A stretch of 59,816 bases of DNA from an uncultured virus (IMG/VR IMGVR_UViG_3300042922_000886) (IMGVR_UViG_3300042922_000886:62001-121816), one strand, 5' to 3'. Shown: positions 10,693 to 20,711, counted from the first letter of the stretch. Notes: a model not told the origin generated them from the letters alone. Made by a program: numbers and translations.

Positions 10693-10920
10693 ATGAGTAA
10701 ACATGTAATTTTGGAAGAATGTAATAATGGGGAACTCAAATATTTTAAAGAATTTGATGAAGTCAATGGGAATCCAATATTTGTGAATTCTAGAGATGAA
10801 GCTAAAATCTATTTTGGTTCTGACGAGGAATTAGAATTATATTCAGAGCATTACACGAGTCTGAGAGTTAAAGGATTCAATGTAAAGGTAGTTGAAATTG
10901 TTAAAGGATTACCCAAATAG
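10693..10920 (+). CDS. Hypothetical protein
   Basis: ORF track; GGGGAGG RBS. Confidence 0.65.
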   Translation: MSKHVILEECNNGELKYFKEFDEVNGNPIFVNSRDEAKIYFGSDEELELYSEHYTSLRVKGFNVKVVEIVKGLPK

Positions 10921-11173
10921 TATGAAGAAGTCAATTGCTGAGAATATGGCAGATGTCTTAATTGAAAGTAATCGTGATTCGGTTTGGTATGGTGATTTAG
11001 ATGAGATTCATGCATGTGCACGGCGGTCAGGAATGTATGACCGCCCAGGTAATACTCATCCTCTAGCAATCAATAAAAGGGTATTGAGTGCATTGGACAA
11101 GAGCGACTTATTTGATAAAGGATATATAAAGCATTTGGGAAGACCGGCAAGACACTTTAAATTAAAAAAGTAA
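10892..11173 (+). CDS. Hypothetical protein
   Basis: ORF track. Confidence 0.6.
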   Translation: MKLLKDYPNSMKKSIAENMADVLIESNRDSVWYGDLDEIHACARRSGMYDRPGNTHPLAINKRVLSALDKSDLFDKGYIKHLGRPARHFKLKK

Positions 11174-11227
11174 AGCACAAGAAAATTAGACGATAAAACG
11201 GAGGTTTTATAAGGAGGAGGTTAAACA

Positions 11228-11353
11228 ATGACTTTTAAAAGTTGCGAGAGTTGCAGATGGGTTGCCTGCAAACATTATGGCTGGAAACGACCTACTTGCA
11301 TAAATTATATTCCAGACCATACTGTTAAGAGTGAAAGCGCTAAAGGCAAATAA
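11228..11353 (+). CDS. Small Cys-rich protein (41 aa, MTFKSCESCRWVACKHYGW...)
   Basis: Read by hand; AAGGAGGAGG RBS; palindromes on both sides. Confidence 0.65.
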   Translation: MTFKSCESCRWVACKHYGWKRPTCINYIPDHTVKSESAKGK

Positions 11354-11381
11354 AAGATTGGTTTCATGGGGAGTGGATGAT

Positions 11382-11581
11382 TTGGAGGAATTATTGGCTG
11401 TAATCGAGCGATACAAAGAAACATTTAGGCGAAAAGAAAGATTGCTTAAACCATATCGTGATAAAAAAGAACGACAGAAGATTTACTTATAAATGAATCA
11501 ATCTCAATGTTAATTTTGGAGGCCGAAATACGTCAATTGAAAGAAATCATCGAGGATCTTGAACATGTTGTTAGCAGATAA
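11382..11581 (+). pseudogene. Frameshifted small coiled-coil gene
   Basis: MEELLAVIERY...RDKK continues in another frame as RTTEDLLINES...LEHVVSR*; break at the A-run near 11463. Confidence 0.45.
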
Positions 11582-11601
11582 AAGACTCGTTTCATTGATA
11601 T

Positions 11602-11895
11602 TTGGAGGATGGATATATGAATATTAGTTTAAACGAGACCAATGAAGGCTATGTAGTTGAAGTTAAATATTTTGAAAATAATGTTCAAATTAATCGAATT
11701 ACTCAATTAATAATAGGTCATGAGTACATCGTTGTTCCTCCTCTTTATGCAAAACAGAAATTTCTAGAAGGTAGAAAGTGTGTCCTAGAAGAATACATTA
11801 ATGGGAAAAGTGGTTGGGTTGAAAAGTTGAAAGTAAGATATCCCGATAATAACAGAGTAGGTAGAGTTTCAATCGAGAACGTCATGAAATACTAG
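11602..11895 (+). CDS. Hypothetical protein
   Basis: ORF track; GGAGG RBS before internal Met. Confidence 0.65.
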   Translation: MEDGYMNISLNETNEGYVVEVKYFENNVQINRITQLIIGHEYIVVPPLYAKQKFLEGRKCVLEEYINGKSGWVEKLKVRYPDNNRVGRVSIENVMKY

Positions 11896-11929
11896 TTTCA
11901 TTTTGAAATAATTTATAGGAGATGATGGC

Positions 11930-12169
11930 ATGGCACTTATGGAAGGGGAAAATATTTCACCAAAAACGGCTGCTGAAGCCAAGAAATTAATTGGTAAGCA
12001 TGTTCGCTATTTAAGGAGTCAAGACATTGATAAGTCGGGAAGAGGTTATTTCTTTCCAAGATTCGGGATAATTTCTGAAGTTCATGGAAGAAATATATTT
12101 ATGGAAAATGGAACAGACATTCAATTGAGCGAGTTGGTTGAGATGGTTGAGATTCAAGTGACTGAATGA
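11930..12169 (+). CDS. Hypothetical protein
   Basis: ORF track; AGGAG RBS. Confidence 0.7.
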   Translation: MALMEGENISPKTAAEAKKLIGKHVRYLRSQDIDKSGRGYFFPRFGIISEVHGRNIFMENGTDIQLSELVEMVEIQVTE

Positions 12170-12200
12170 AAGAAAGAACTGTTTTATCTGGGAGGATGAA

Positions 12201-12656
12201 ATGGAATCGTTGAATGGACTGTTCCTAGAAAAAATGAAAATGTTAGTTCATTGCCATACTGGTCTGCCTCTAATAGAATTTGATAATGACTACTACGAAA
12301 AAACCACAATGTTTATGGGTTATAACTTTGATGAAAAACTTATAGCATATAATCTACCAATGTACGAACTTAATAAGAGTCAAATTCCTGAATTAGCACA
12401 TCTTTCATTAGAGAAGTTTTTTGAAATAGCAGTTTATCACGAAATAGGACACCATCTTGATTACATTGCAAACCCGAATAGGAAGATATACAGAGAAATG
12501 CATGTTAACGATGCGACCAATGAGTTTATTCTTGAAGGTGAACTCAATGCTTATAAATATGGTAGGGATCTTGTGCCCGACTCCCTAATAAGTTATTACG
12601 ATATTTTGAACCAATTCAACATAGAGAAGTACAATGAAATGGCAAATGAAACCTGA
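12201..12656 (+). CDS. Putative HExxH metallopeptidase-like protein (ImmA/IrrE-like)
   Basis: AVYHEIGHHLD plus downstream ELNAY. Confidence 0.6.
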   Translation: MESLNGLFLEKMKMLVHCHTGLPLIEFDNDYYEKTTMFMGYNFDEKLIAYNLPMYELNKSQIPELAHLSLEKFFEIAVYHEIGHHLDYIANPNRKIYREMHVNDATNEFILEGELNAYKYGRDLVPDSLISYYDILNQFNIEKYNEMANET

Positions 12657-12674
12657 ATTTCATGGGGTGTCAAA

Positions 12675-12998
12675 ATGAGAAAATGGAAATTGGAACATAA
12701 TGATTACTGGCAAAACTATAACTTATATGAAGATGCACCACTGGGTAAGCAGTTATTAACCCACATAACTGACTCTGAGCTTGAAAGAATTAAGCAGTTA
12801 GTTGACCACCATAACACTCAGGTTGAAGAAACTGAGAAAAATACCAGAGTAGAAGAAGCAATAAAGGCACTAGAAGGAGTTATGGAAGAGTTATTCCCAC
12901 ATCTAAAGGATCGAGAGAAACTCCGTAAGGGAAGCACTAATGATGCAATATACCGTGCTTATTGGAGTATTTCTAGCGTAATACGAGAAATCCAATGA
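12675..12998 (+). CDS. Hypothetical protein
   Basis: ORF track. Confidence 0.7.
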   Translation: MRKWKLEHNDYWQNYNLYEDAPLGKQLLTHITDSELERIKQLVDHHNTQVEETEKNTRVEEAIKALEGVMEELFPHLKDREKLRKGSTNDAIYRAYWSISSVIREIQ

Positions 12999-13070
12999 AA
13001 ACTGACTTTCATTGATTGAGGGAGTGACCACTAGGTCGATATTTTTTAACAAAACAGGTTGGGGGTTCTT

Positions 13071-13346
13071 ATGTTAACCGAAGAAGAGAGACGCAGAATT
13101 ATTGAGGAAGAATTATTAAGAGAAGAAATACGAAGAAGGCCGTATTGGGGACCGCTTATCGGTAAAACGATAGTTTATTTCTTTTTATGGGCAGTAATGT
13201 TTTGGGTATCAATGGCAATTATTTACTTTGGCCTTTTTGCAGTTCCGAGTACTGGATTTCGTATGTTTGTTGCATTAACTACGGCCCCAATCATTTCGTT
13301 AATACTTACAATCATGGTTGGCCGGAAACTGGGCAAAAAGCTATAA
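13071..13346 (+). CDS. Two-TM membrane protein (MLTEEERRRIIEEE family)
   Basis: Two hydrophobic helices; paralogous to 14865..15173. Confidence 0.7.
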   Translation: MLTEEERRRIIEEELLREEIRRRPYWGPLIGKTIVYFFLWAVMFWVSMAIIYFGLFAVPSTGFRMFVALTTAPIISLILTIMVGRKLGKKL

Positions 13347-13378
13347 TAAAGAAACTTGGCAAGGAGGGCATTTTTAAA

Positions 13379-13595
13379 GTGGTTGAAGTAAAAGAAGCGT
13401 TATGTATTAAAGATGTGATCAACATAGGTAATTCAAGGATTTCAGTAGCATTCTATAATGGAAGAACATACCCCGTTTATATAGAAGACGATGGCCGAAG
13501 TATTTGGGCATTTAACGAAAAGGGATCGACCAAATGTTACGTGATTTTGAAACGCCTGATTTCTTCTTTGACGATCATTTTAGTATCATTGACTG
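13379..13595 (+). pseudogene. Probable frameshifted small gene (VVEVKEALCIKDV...)
   Basis: AAGGAGG RBS; after FNEKG a protein-like tail IDQMLRDFETPDFFFDDHFSIID* lies in another frame. Confidence 0.4.
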
Positions 13596-13607
13596 AAATT
13601 GTAACAG

Positions 13608-13859
13608 ATGAAAAACAGATTCGAGTCAATCAATCACAACATAGTTGAAAGGTTGATTTGTTTGAACAAACTATTCATATTTGCATTCTCCTCTGCTATA
13701 GGTTCAATCGTAATGATAATACTAAATCTAATTTTTTACGGAAACACACTGGCAACCGGTATATTAGCAGCATCAACAGCGTTAAATTGTGCAATGCTTT
13801 GGACTTTTCATAGAGAAGAAACTGTCGATGCGCTGAAGAGAATATTTTGGAGAAAATAA
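13608..13859 (+). CDS. Small two-TM membrane protein
   Basis: Hydrophobic helices; start probably further downstream. Confidence 0.55.
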   Translation: MKNRFESINHNIVERLICLNKLFIFAFSSAIGSIVMIILNLIFYGNTLATGILAASTALNCAMLWTFHREETVDALKRIFWRK

Positions 13860-13904
13860 AACTTGCTCTTATACAAATTCTAAGATAAAGGGGATGTTCT
13901 TAAA

Positions 13905-14348
13905 GTGAATAGTTATCTCGAAAGATACATTGAAAATCTTACGGGTAGAACTTTTATCAAAAGCGTAGTGCAAATGGAAGATAAGCTTTTTATTTTCTTT
14001 TATAACTCATACCAAGAGTTTCGGGAAGACAAAAACACTACTCAGATTACCGAGGAAGATTATCAGGAGTATTTTACACAGAACTCCATTGAAAAAATCT
14101 TAGTTGGTGAACCAGCGAGGATCTTGAGGGAGTTTCCCTTTATTGATTCAGTAGAGATTAAAATACCAAACTATGCCATCAATATCAAAAGAGACCTCCT
14201 GAATGAGTTTCTTGGTTTCCGAATTGAACAAACAAGTGTTTTTGATGGTACTTGGAGAAGTCAATTTTCAGATGTGTACATTTATAATAAAACCAAGCGG
14301 AAGCAATTTATTACCGAGTTCGTTGATATCGAAAAAGAAGGTCAATGA
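13905..14348 (+). CDS. Hypothetical protein
   Basis: ORF track. Confidence 0.7.
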   Translation: MNSYLERYIENLTGRTFIKSVVQMEDKLFIFFYNSYQEFREDKNTTQITEEDYQEYFTQNSIEKILVGEPARILREFPFIDSVEIKIPNYAINIKRDLLNEFLGFRIEQTSVFDGTWRSQFSDVYIYNKTKRKQFITEFVDIEKEGQ

Positions 14349-14382
14349 AAGTTCACTTTTATCGAGTAATTGAAAGGAAGAA

Positions 14383-14625
14383 ATGCCTATGGATGGACTT
14401 CCAAAATACATTATTGAGGCGATAAAAAAGTCTGCAAAGTATCATGAAAAAGCAAGAGAGCACCAAAAAGTTTTTGAAACTTGGATTCAAGAGAATTTTG
14501 GTGAAGATGCAATTAATGATGATGGTATTAGAGACGCAATTATCGATAGAATCGAACAATCAAATGATCCCGAGGGAGCTATCGAGAGTATTGTAAATGT
14601 GCTCGATGAGTACAAGATCAAATAA
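14383..14625 (+). CDS. Hypothetical protein
   Basis: ORF track; bounded by palindromes. Confidence 0.7.
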   Translation: MPMDGLPKYIIEAIKKSAKYHEKAREHQKVFETWIQENFGEDAINDDGIRDAIIDRIEQSNDPEGAIESIVNVLDEYKIK

Positions 14626-14658
14626 AAGGTCAATTTCATATAAGGTGTGACATAACAG

Positions 14659-14844
14659 ATGCCCTTACATTCTGTTGAATTTATAAACTGGCTCAAATCA
14701 TTAATAACTGACCTAGAAGGACAGGAGATTGCTGTCGCTGAGAATAAAAGCTATGTAGCAGCCGAAGCCTTTTATAACCAGAGGAAGACGGTAGAGATGA
14801 TTCTTGAGGTTATTGAAACAGGATGTTTTGATATAGAAAAGTGA
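14659..14844 (+). CDS. Hypothetical protein
   Basis: ORF track; bounded by palindromes. Confidence 0.65.
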   Translation: MPLHSVEFINWLKSLITDLEGQEIAVAENKSYVAAEAFYNQRKTVEMILEVIETGCFDIEK

Positions 14845-14864
14845 TTTCAGAAAGAAGGCTCTAG

Positions 14865-15173
14865 ATGTTAACCGATGAAGAAAGACGTAAAATAATAGAA
14901 GAAGAGCAACTTCGAATACAACTTAGAATGGAGCACTATAATCGACCGGTTGTGCGTCCATTCTTAGGAAAAGTTTTAGTAATGGTCTTTGCATTTGCCT
15001 TCATTTGTGCAGCGATGTTCTTAGGATCAGCTATTATATTGTTCATCATTTTAAATCTACTTCAAAATAAAGACAATATGAATATTGTTGTACTGGGATC
15101 TTTCATATTTTCAATTGTTACTACACCAATTATTTGGATACTCCTGATGAAAAATTTGTTTAAGAGAAAATAA
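14865..15173 (+). CDS. Two-TM membrane protein (MLTDEERRKIIEEE family)
   Basis: Paralogue of 13071..13346. Confidence 0.7.
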   Translation: MLTDEERRKIIEEEQLRIQLRMEHYNRPVVRPFLGKVLVMVFAFAFICAAMFLGSAIILFIILNLLQNKDNMNIVVLGSFIFSIVTTPIIWILLMKNLFKRK

Positions 15174-15217
15174 TAGAAGACGATGAAATGTGAGTTTTAT
15201 GTGAAAGGAGTAAAGTT

Positions 15218-15412
15218 ATGAAAGTTGGAGAACTGATCGACAATATTAAAGTTGGACAAGTTGCACTTGGAGTATACGAGAATGAGCAATGGTTTATTAC
15301 GAAGACACCTGAAGAGCAAATCCGTATTTGTGATAATAGAGGCGTTTCAATCGGAGAGATGATGCCACTTCGGATTCAAACTTTGAAAGCAAAGTGGAAA
15401 ATAATTAAATAA
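15218..15412 (+). CDS. Hypothetical protein
   Basis: ORF track; AAAGGAG RBS. Confidence 0.65.
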   Translation: MKVGELIDNIKVGQVALGVYENEQWFITKTPEEQIRICDNRGVSIGEMMPLRIQTLKAKWKIIK

Positions 15413-15440
15413 AAATCCATTTTATAAAGGAGATGAATAA

Positions 15441-15677
15441 ATGAAAAGTGAAAAAGTTACAAAGACATTTAGTGAAATGAGTCAAGCAGAATATAGACTC
15501 GGAAACGCAATCGATGATCTGAAATATGCTCAAATGGCATATAAAAATGAATTGATTGACGAGTGCATTGGACACATTATGCGGCTGCAAGATGAGGCTG
15601 GGAAGTTAACAGAACGAGATCTCGCAATCTTTTTGCGGGACTTGGTAAGTAAAGTTTCAGATATTAAATCACGATAA
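15441..15677 (+). CDS. Hypothetical protein
   Basis: ORF track; AAAGGAG RBS. Confidence 0.65.
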   Translation: MKSEKVTKTFSEMSQAEYRLGNAIDDLKYAQMAYKNELIDECIGHIMRLQDEAGKLTERDLAIFLRDLVSKVSDIKSR

Positions 15678-15798
15678 AAAGTAATGAGATTGAACAAAAG
15701 TGGATTTTTTGGTGTGATGAAGAAACAGGGATCGGACGATTTAGATGTATACTACGCATACAGTAGAAGTTTCTATTCAATCATACTGAGGTGCTATT

Positions 15799-16635
15799 AT
15801 GACAACTTTGAAAAGTATGTACGAAGATATTCTACTAGGCAGAAGACAGAAATTTACTCAAGGTACTTGGGAGTTGCATTATGGTGGAAAAGAAAATTTT
15901 AAAGGGCTGCTTCGTTACTTGGTCTTTGAAAGACTAACTTTAACAAGAGAGCAGTTCCTTGAAGAAATATCATTTCAGTTTTTAAAAAAGTGGAAGCTTG
16001 CAAGTCCAGCACAAATGCTATATCAGTCTAAAACCTTAGACATTGTGAATGATATTTTTCCTGAATGGAATATCAAAGGATGGGAATTGAGGATGGTTCC
16101 CCCTTTTTTTTGGAATGAGGAAACCATTAAAGAAGCTATTAGGCATTATTATTTGTGTGAATTGAAATGGGATCGGAATGATTTAGTCACCAAGTTTTCA
16201 AGTGGCATGCTGAAATCTACAAGGTATTATGAAGCAATGGTTAGATTTAGAGATATGAAACTATATGAGAATTTAGGTAGAAGTAAATCAAGTGCCTACG
16301 CTTTATTGTTGTATTGTTTTCCAGAATATAACCTTAAAATCTATGAATTTTCGGGTACGATGGAAAACTGGGATGACATTGATATTAGAAATACGTTGTA
16401 TGAATTGTTCTATGACAAACTAGGTTGGGGCGAGGATGAGTTAAAGGCAAAGATTAATATAAGAGTATTTATTGACAATGGTTTCGAGCAGTTCTTTAAT
16501 TACTTCTTCAAGGGGAGTACATATAGAGTGATGACTTATTTATTCCCGAAGGATGATTGGGAACATCTGAAGAGGAATAAAGATAAGAATTTTAAAAATA
16601 AACCAAATTACTCGATGATTGTATATAGGAGATGA
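15799..16635 (+). CDS. DUF4046-like repeat protein (putative DNA binding)
   Basis: YEDILLGRRQKF..GTW start; repeated FPEW/FPEY...WE/YE units; VPPFFWN. Confidence 0.6.
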   Translation: MTTLKSMYEDILLGRRQKFTQGTWELHYGGKENFKGLLRYLVFERLTLTREQFLEEISFQFLKKWKLASPAQMLYQSKTLDIVNDIFPEWNIKGWELRMVPPFFWNEETIKEAIRHYYLCELKWDRNDLVTKFSSGMLKSTRYYEAMVRFRDMKLYENLGRSKSSAYALLLYCFPEYNLKIYEFSGTMENWDDIDIRNTLYELFYDKLGWGEDELKAKINIRVFIDNGFEQFFNYFFKGSTYRVMTYLFPKDDWEHLKRNKDKNFKNKPNYSMIVYRR

Positions 16636-16828
16636 AAAGTTCATTTTACTTGAGAAGGAGACAATAAATATGTGGTACGAAAATAAAATTATCACAACAG
16701 AAGATCCACAACTTGATGGTTTGAACGTTCGTTTGAAAATAGAGTCCTACGAACAGGCAATTGAGTTGGTAAAGTTATTTATGGATCAAGGCTATAAAGT
16801 GCAAATTGTAGAAACGGATGAAGATTGA
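16619..16828 (+). CDS. Hypothetical protein
   Basis: ORF track; real start likely MWYENK after AAGGAG. Confidence 0.55.
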   Translation: MYIGDEKFILLEKETINMWYENKIITTEDPQLDGLNVRLKIESYEQAIELVKLFMDQGYKVQIVETDED

Positions 16829-16853
16829 CTTGATAAAGTTTCTTTTATGAGGT

Positions 16854-17183
16854 ATGAAAATGGCAATAATCATTTGTGTAAAATGTAAAAAGGTTAATGT
16901 TGATGACTCGGATAAGAGTCAGAGATGTGGGAGATGTAAAGCTAGAAGTGGGCAGCATCATAAAAACTTTAGAGCAAACGCACTGAAACATTATGGTGCA
17001 AAATGCATGAACATTGAATGCCCAGTTATTCCGGGACGCTTAGATGAAAATGATCTGGATGTTCATCATAAACGAGAGGTAAGTGATTTTCCAGATAATG
17101 CAACGGTTCAGGAAATTAACTCTGTTAGCAACGCGGAGATATACTGCAAGATATGCCATAGTAGGAAGCATAGGAGTAAATGA
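16854..17183 (+). CDS. HNH endonuclease
   Basis: CxxC pairs; LDVHHKR...N...YCKICHSRKH. Confidence 0.8.
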   Translation: MKMAIIICVKCKKVNVDDSDKSQRCGRCKARSGQHHKNFRANALKHYGAKCMNIECPVIPGRLDENDLDVHHKREVSDFPDNATVQEINSVSNAEIYCKICHSRKHRSK

Positions 17184-17509
17184 AAATACTAATTCATTGG
17201 GAGAGGAATGATAAGTTGACTACTGATAAGTTAATTGAAAAGGGATTTTCCATAGTAAAATATGAAGATGAGGATTTTTATTCTAGAACAATTAGTGATA
17301 TGCACACTGTTCAAAAACTTCTTAAATTAACCGGCGAAGATGGTGGTCAGTTTGACTTTGACTATGTTGGCGTACATTGTGTACTTGAAATAAAACCCGA
17401 TTTTTCTTTTGCTCAATATTTGTTTAGAGATATTGATACTGATGGATCGTGGTTCACACATGACCAACTGACGGTTGAAGAATTCGAAAAAATAATTGAT
17501 GAAATCTAA
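17180..17509 (+). CDS. Hypothetical protein
   Basis: ORF track; start probably downstream of palindrome 17180-17197. Confidence 0.6.
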   Translation: MKILIHWERNDKLTTDKLIEKGFSIVKYEDEDFYSRTISDMHTVQKLLKLTGEDGGQFDFDYVGVHCVLEIKPDFSFAQYLFRDIDTDGSWFTHDQLTVEEFEKIIDEI

Positions 17510-17552
17510 TGAATGAAAGAAAATCTTTCATGGGGAAGTAGGAGGTGCATAA

Positions 17553-17813
17553 ATGAGACTTACAGATAAAACGGGTGCTTGGGATAGATTAAAAAGATGG
17601 GAAGGAAAGTATAAAAAGTTTGAAGTATCAATTAATCAGGGCAGTAGTGATCCACATAGAGGCATTGTAGACTACTATTACTTCGTGGTAATTTGCAACG
17701 AACCTGATTTAAGACACAATTCTTTGTGGACTAAGGATAAATACAGTTCAAAAGAAGAGGCTGAACAAGCAGCAATTAATTGGATTGATGAAAAACTGAA
17801 GGCGATAAAATAA
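17553..17813 (+). CDS. Hypothetical protein
   Basis: ORF track; AGGAGGTG RBS. Confidence 0.7.
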   Translation: MRLTDKTGAWDRLKRWEGKYKKFEVSINQGSSDPHRGIVDYYYFVVICNEPDLRHNSLWTKDKYSSKEEAEQAAINWIDEKLKAIK

Positions 17814-17840
17814 CGGTGTTGTAGAAAGGGAGAGGGGAAA

Positions 17841-18053
17841 ATGTATAAGGTTGGAGATTGGGTTAAAACATCTCAGACATCGAGCGACTATATAAGAATA
17901 ATTGAACTCAACGAATCAGACTCTAAAGGTGTGGGATACCTGTATGGGTATCATAGCAAATACTCTAAGAGAAGGAAACCAGCGGGGTTCAATACAAATA
18001 TAAATGAGAACAAGTCAGAAATGTACAAAGGGAAGAAGCGAATAATAAAATAA
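17841..18053 (+). CDS. Hypothetical protein
   Basis: ORF track. Confidence 0.6.
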   Translation: MYKVGDWVKTSQTSSDYIRIIELNESDSKGVGYLYGYHSKYSKRRKPAGFNTNINENKSEMYKGKKRIIK

Positions 18054-18082
18054 CTTTCATAGGGAAATAGGAGGCATTAAAT

Positions 18083-18904
18083 TTGAGCAAAGCTAAAAAG
18101 AAAATCGATGTAAACTCAGAAGAATTTAAAGTGCAGCAACACAGGGATAATCTTATACGTATTGAGGAACGATTGATTCACATTCCAGAGCCAACTGTTA
18201 CTTTTGAGATTGGAGAAAGTGTAAGGGTGGGTAGTCTTGAAGATGAGATTGTTTTTTCAATTCTTCATGGTGGCAAAATTCTTGAAATCGATTATACCTC
18301 TGTTAAGTCAAATTACGGAAATCCAATTCGCGAGGAGCATCAAAAGGGGTATTGGACATGGACAGACACAAGAAAGAAAAATGACAATGTTAATTCTCTA
18401 ATTGAGAACGACGATATCCGTTTGAACTACTCTCAAACCCATCTACGTGGATTGCTAACTAAAGTCTATCATTTTGGCGTAGATTTTAATCCTGATTATC
18501 AGCGTGATTACGTTTGGGATAAGAGCGACAAAGTTAAGTTAATTGATGCAATATACAAAAATGTAGACATTGGGAAGTTCGCCTTTGTTCGGGTATCCGA
18601 TAGAAAGTGGGAAGATAACGGGCATATCTACAGTTATGAAATTCTAGACGGTAAGCAGCGACTCAGAGCAATTCTCGATTATTATGAAAATCGTTTCCCG
18701 TACAAAGGATTTTATTTCAATGACTTATCACGCAGGGATCAAAATCATATGATGGAATACAGTGTTAATGTGGCCGAAGTATCCGAGCTAACTTACGAGC
18801 AAACGTTACGATACTTCCTGATGCTCAACACTAGTGGACGGATTATGAGTGAAGAACATCTAGACAAGGTTCGTCAATTGCTTGATCAAGAGACGATGAA
18901 ATAA
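18083..18904 (+). CDS. DUF262 (ParB/Srx-fold, GmrSD N-terminal-like) domain protein
   Basis: PDYQRDYVW, EILDGKQRL and F..LN.SG motifs. Confidence 0.85.
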   Translation: MSKAKKKIDVNSEEFKVQQHRDNLIRIEERLIHIPEPTVTFEIGESVRVGSLEDEIVFSILHGGKILEIDYTSVKSNYGNPIREEHQKGYWTWTDTRKKNDNVNSLIENDDIRLNYSQTHLRGLLTKVYHFGVDFNPDYQRDYVWDKSDKVKLIDAIYKNVDIGKFAFVRVSDRKWEDNGHIYSYEILDGKQRLRAILDYYENRFPYKGFYFNDLSRRDQNHMMEYSVNVAEVSELTYEQTLRYFLMLNTSGRIMSEEHLDKVRQLLDQETMK

Positions 18905-18912
18905 CGGTTTCA

Positions 18913-19281
18913 TTGGGAATGGAGGTTAATGTTTTGAACAAAGAATTATTTATTAAAAGGATCGTATCCTCAAGAGAAAACCTTAACTTGACACAAATTG
19001 AAGTTGGACAGCGAATAGGAATCAATAACAAAACTTTAAGCGGTTATGAAAGAGGTGTTTCTGAACCTGATCTTCAGACATTAGTTCAAATTGCAAATCT
19101 TTATCAGGTTTCCATCGACTGGCTTTTAGGGAACGAGCAACTTGATAAATTGCTTTATCAGAGGTCAGAAGCTGCAAATAAATTGATAAATGCCCAAAAG
19201 AAGCACATTGAATCCCTAGAGGCAATGGTTCAATCTTTATCAGTATTCAAGGAATTATGCGACAATTACAGTAAGATTTAG
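18913..19281 (+). CDS. XRE-family HTH transcriptional regulator
   Basis: LTQIEVGQRIGINNKTLSGYERGVSEPDLQTLVQIANLYQVSIDWLLG. Confidence 0.9.
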   Translation: MGMEVNVLNKELFIKRIVSSRENLNLTQIEVGQRIGINNKTLSGYERGVSEPDLQTLVQIANLYQVSIDWLLGNEQLDKLLYQRSEAANKLINAQKKHIESLEAMVQSLSVFKELCDNYSKI

Positions 19282-19335
19282 TTAACACACAGAGAATGAG
19301 ACATAAATCGAAGTCTGATAAAATGAATTCAAAGG

Positions 19336-19944
19336 GTGGTTATTATGAATCAATGGGCCACAGATAACTCTGCTTTAATAAGCATGATAAATACATTTGG
19401 AATGATCGTTTTAACAGGGATATATGTTTTGTTTACGATATTAATTCAAAGAGCGAATAATAAGGTAGTGGAACAAAATGAAGCAATTAGAAAAGAAAAC
19501 AATATGCCTAATGTCATTGTCTACTTCGATATGAAGATATTAAATCTCTTAGATTTAAAAATAAAAAATATAGGCAAGTCTCCAGCATGCAATATTGTTG
19601 TATTTTTAGAAGCCGAGAATGAAATAGTAAATGTGAAACATTTGGATCGCTCTTCAATATTAAAAGGTATCGCTTTCTTGGCTCCAGAACAAGATATAAA
19701 AACGTTTGTTGGCTCTACAATGGAAATAAGAAATTCAAACGATGAATTTCCAATATATAAAGTTAAAATTAAATTTTCAGATATAGCAGGACATGAATAC
19801 TGTAATGAATACATGATAGATGCCAACATGTATAAAGGAAATGTTCAAGCAGTCGATAAGTCAATTCATCATCTTACGAAGGAAATGGAAAAAGTAAATA
19901 CAACTTTAATTAAAATGACAAGAAATATAGCCGAATTGAAGTAA
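19336..19944 (+). CDS. Single-TM protein with Ig-like soluble domain
   Basis: N-terminal TM; IKNIGKSPA...LAPEQ motif. Confidence 0.7.
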   Translation: MVIMNQWATDNSALISMINTFGMIVLTGIYVLFTILIQRANNKVVEQNEAIRKENNMPNVIVYFDMKILNLLDLKIKNIGKSPACNIVVFLEAENEIVNVKHLDRSSILKGIAFLAPEQDIKTFVGSTMEIRNSNDEFPIYKVKIKFSDIAGHEYCNEYMIDANMYKGNVQAVDKSIHHLTKEMEKVNTTLIKMTRNIAELK

Positions 19945-19989
19945 GAGAACAGCAAATAAAACGATGATTTTACAAGGAGCTGTGGTTGG

Positions 19990-20193
19990 ATGGTTTGGAT
20001 GTATACAATTGTAAAAAGAGCTGAAGATAGAGTGGGAAATAAGTGGACAATTGATGGAGAAATTTATAACCCCTTCACAGATAAGAGTCTGAACTATGTC
20101 TTGAACCAGTATGGCGCAGAAGGATGGGAACTAGTGACTAAAGAGGATGCAAATACTTATATCTTTAAGAAGTTGCATCAAGAAAACGAGTGA
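19990..20193 (+). CDS. DUF4177-like small protein
   Basis: LNQYGAEGWELV...YIFKK. Confidence 0.7.
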   Translation: MVWMYTIVKRAEDRVGNKWTIDGEIYNPFTDKSLNYVLNQYGAEGWELVTKEDANTYIFKKLHQENE

Positions 20194-20438
20194 TAAGGGG
20201 GAGGCTATCGGAGGCTATGAGCAGACTGAAGGAAGCACAGTTGCTTCTAAGTAGATACATCCTGTTAACAGATCAACTCGAAGATTTGCTCGGCAAGTTG
20301 CGCGACGAGGAAGACATTGTTAAACCTAAATTGAATAAGTTATTAAGCCAAATGAATGTTGAAGAAAAGAATTCCTTATTCGAACAATTAAAGCATGATT
20401 CAGTTATAAAATTCCACGTCTTTAAGACAATAAAATGA
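20190..20438 (+). CDS. Hypothetical protein
   Basis: ORF track; GGGGGAGG RBS. Confidence 0.6.
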   Translation: MIRGRLSEAMSRLKEAQLLLSRYILLTDQLEDLLGKLRDEEDIVKPKLNKLLSQMNVEEKNSLFEQLKHDSVIKFHVFKTIK

Positions 20439-20445
20439 CGATTTC

Positions 20446-20703
20446 GTGGGGGTTCCGATGTCTGTAGAGTGGAAAGGGAAATATACTTGTAAAGAATGTG
20501 GCAACAGTAGGTTTTTCTATAATGAAGTTTCTGTTCAAGCAAAGAGAAGAATTGATCTTAAGAATGGCCCTAAAAACGATGTAGTGTATGATATAGAAAA
20601 AGATATAGATGATGGTTTTTTCGAAATCATTTATTGTGGAAAATGCGATGAGCCTGTTGATAATGAAGAATGGGAAGAAAAAATTGCTTTTAAAGAACTT
20701 TAA
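20446..20703 (+). CDS. Zinc-ribbon protein
   Basis: CKECGN...CGKCD. Confidence 0.65.
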   Translation: MGVPMSVEWKGKYTCKECGNSRFFYNEVSVQAKRRIDLKNGPKNDVVYDIEKDIDDGFFEIIYCGKCDEPVDNEEWEEKIAFKEL

Positions 20704-20711
20704 GTAAATAG

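Noticed and set aside
18083..18904. Complete GmrSD type IV restriction enzyme
   Set aside because: Only the DUF262 domain is present, with no fused or adjacent DUF1524/HNH nuclease domain.
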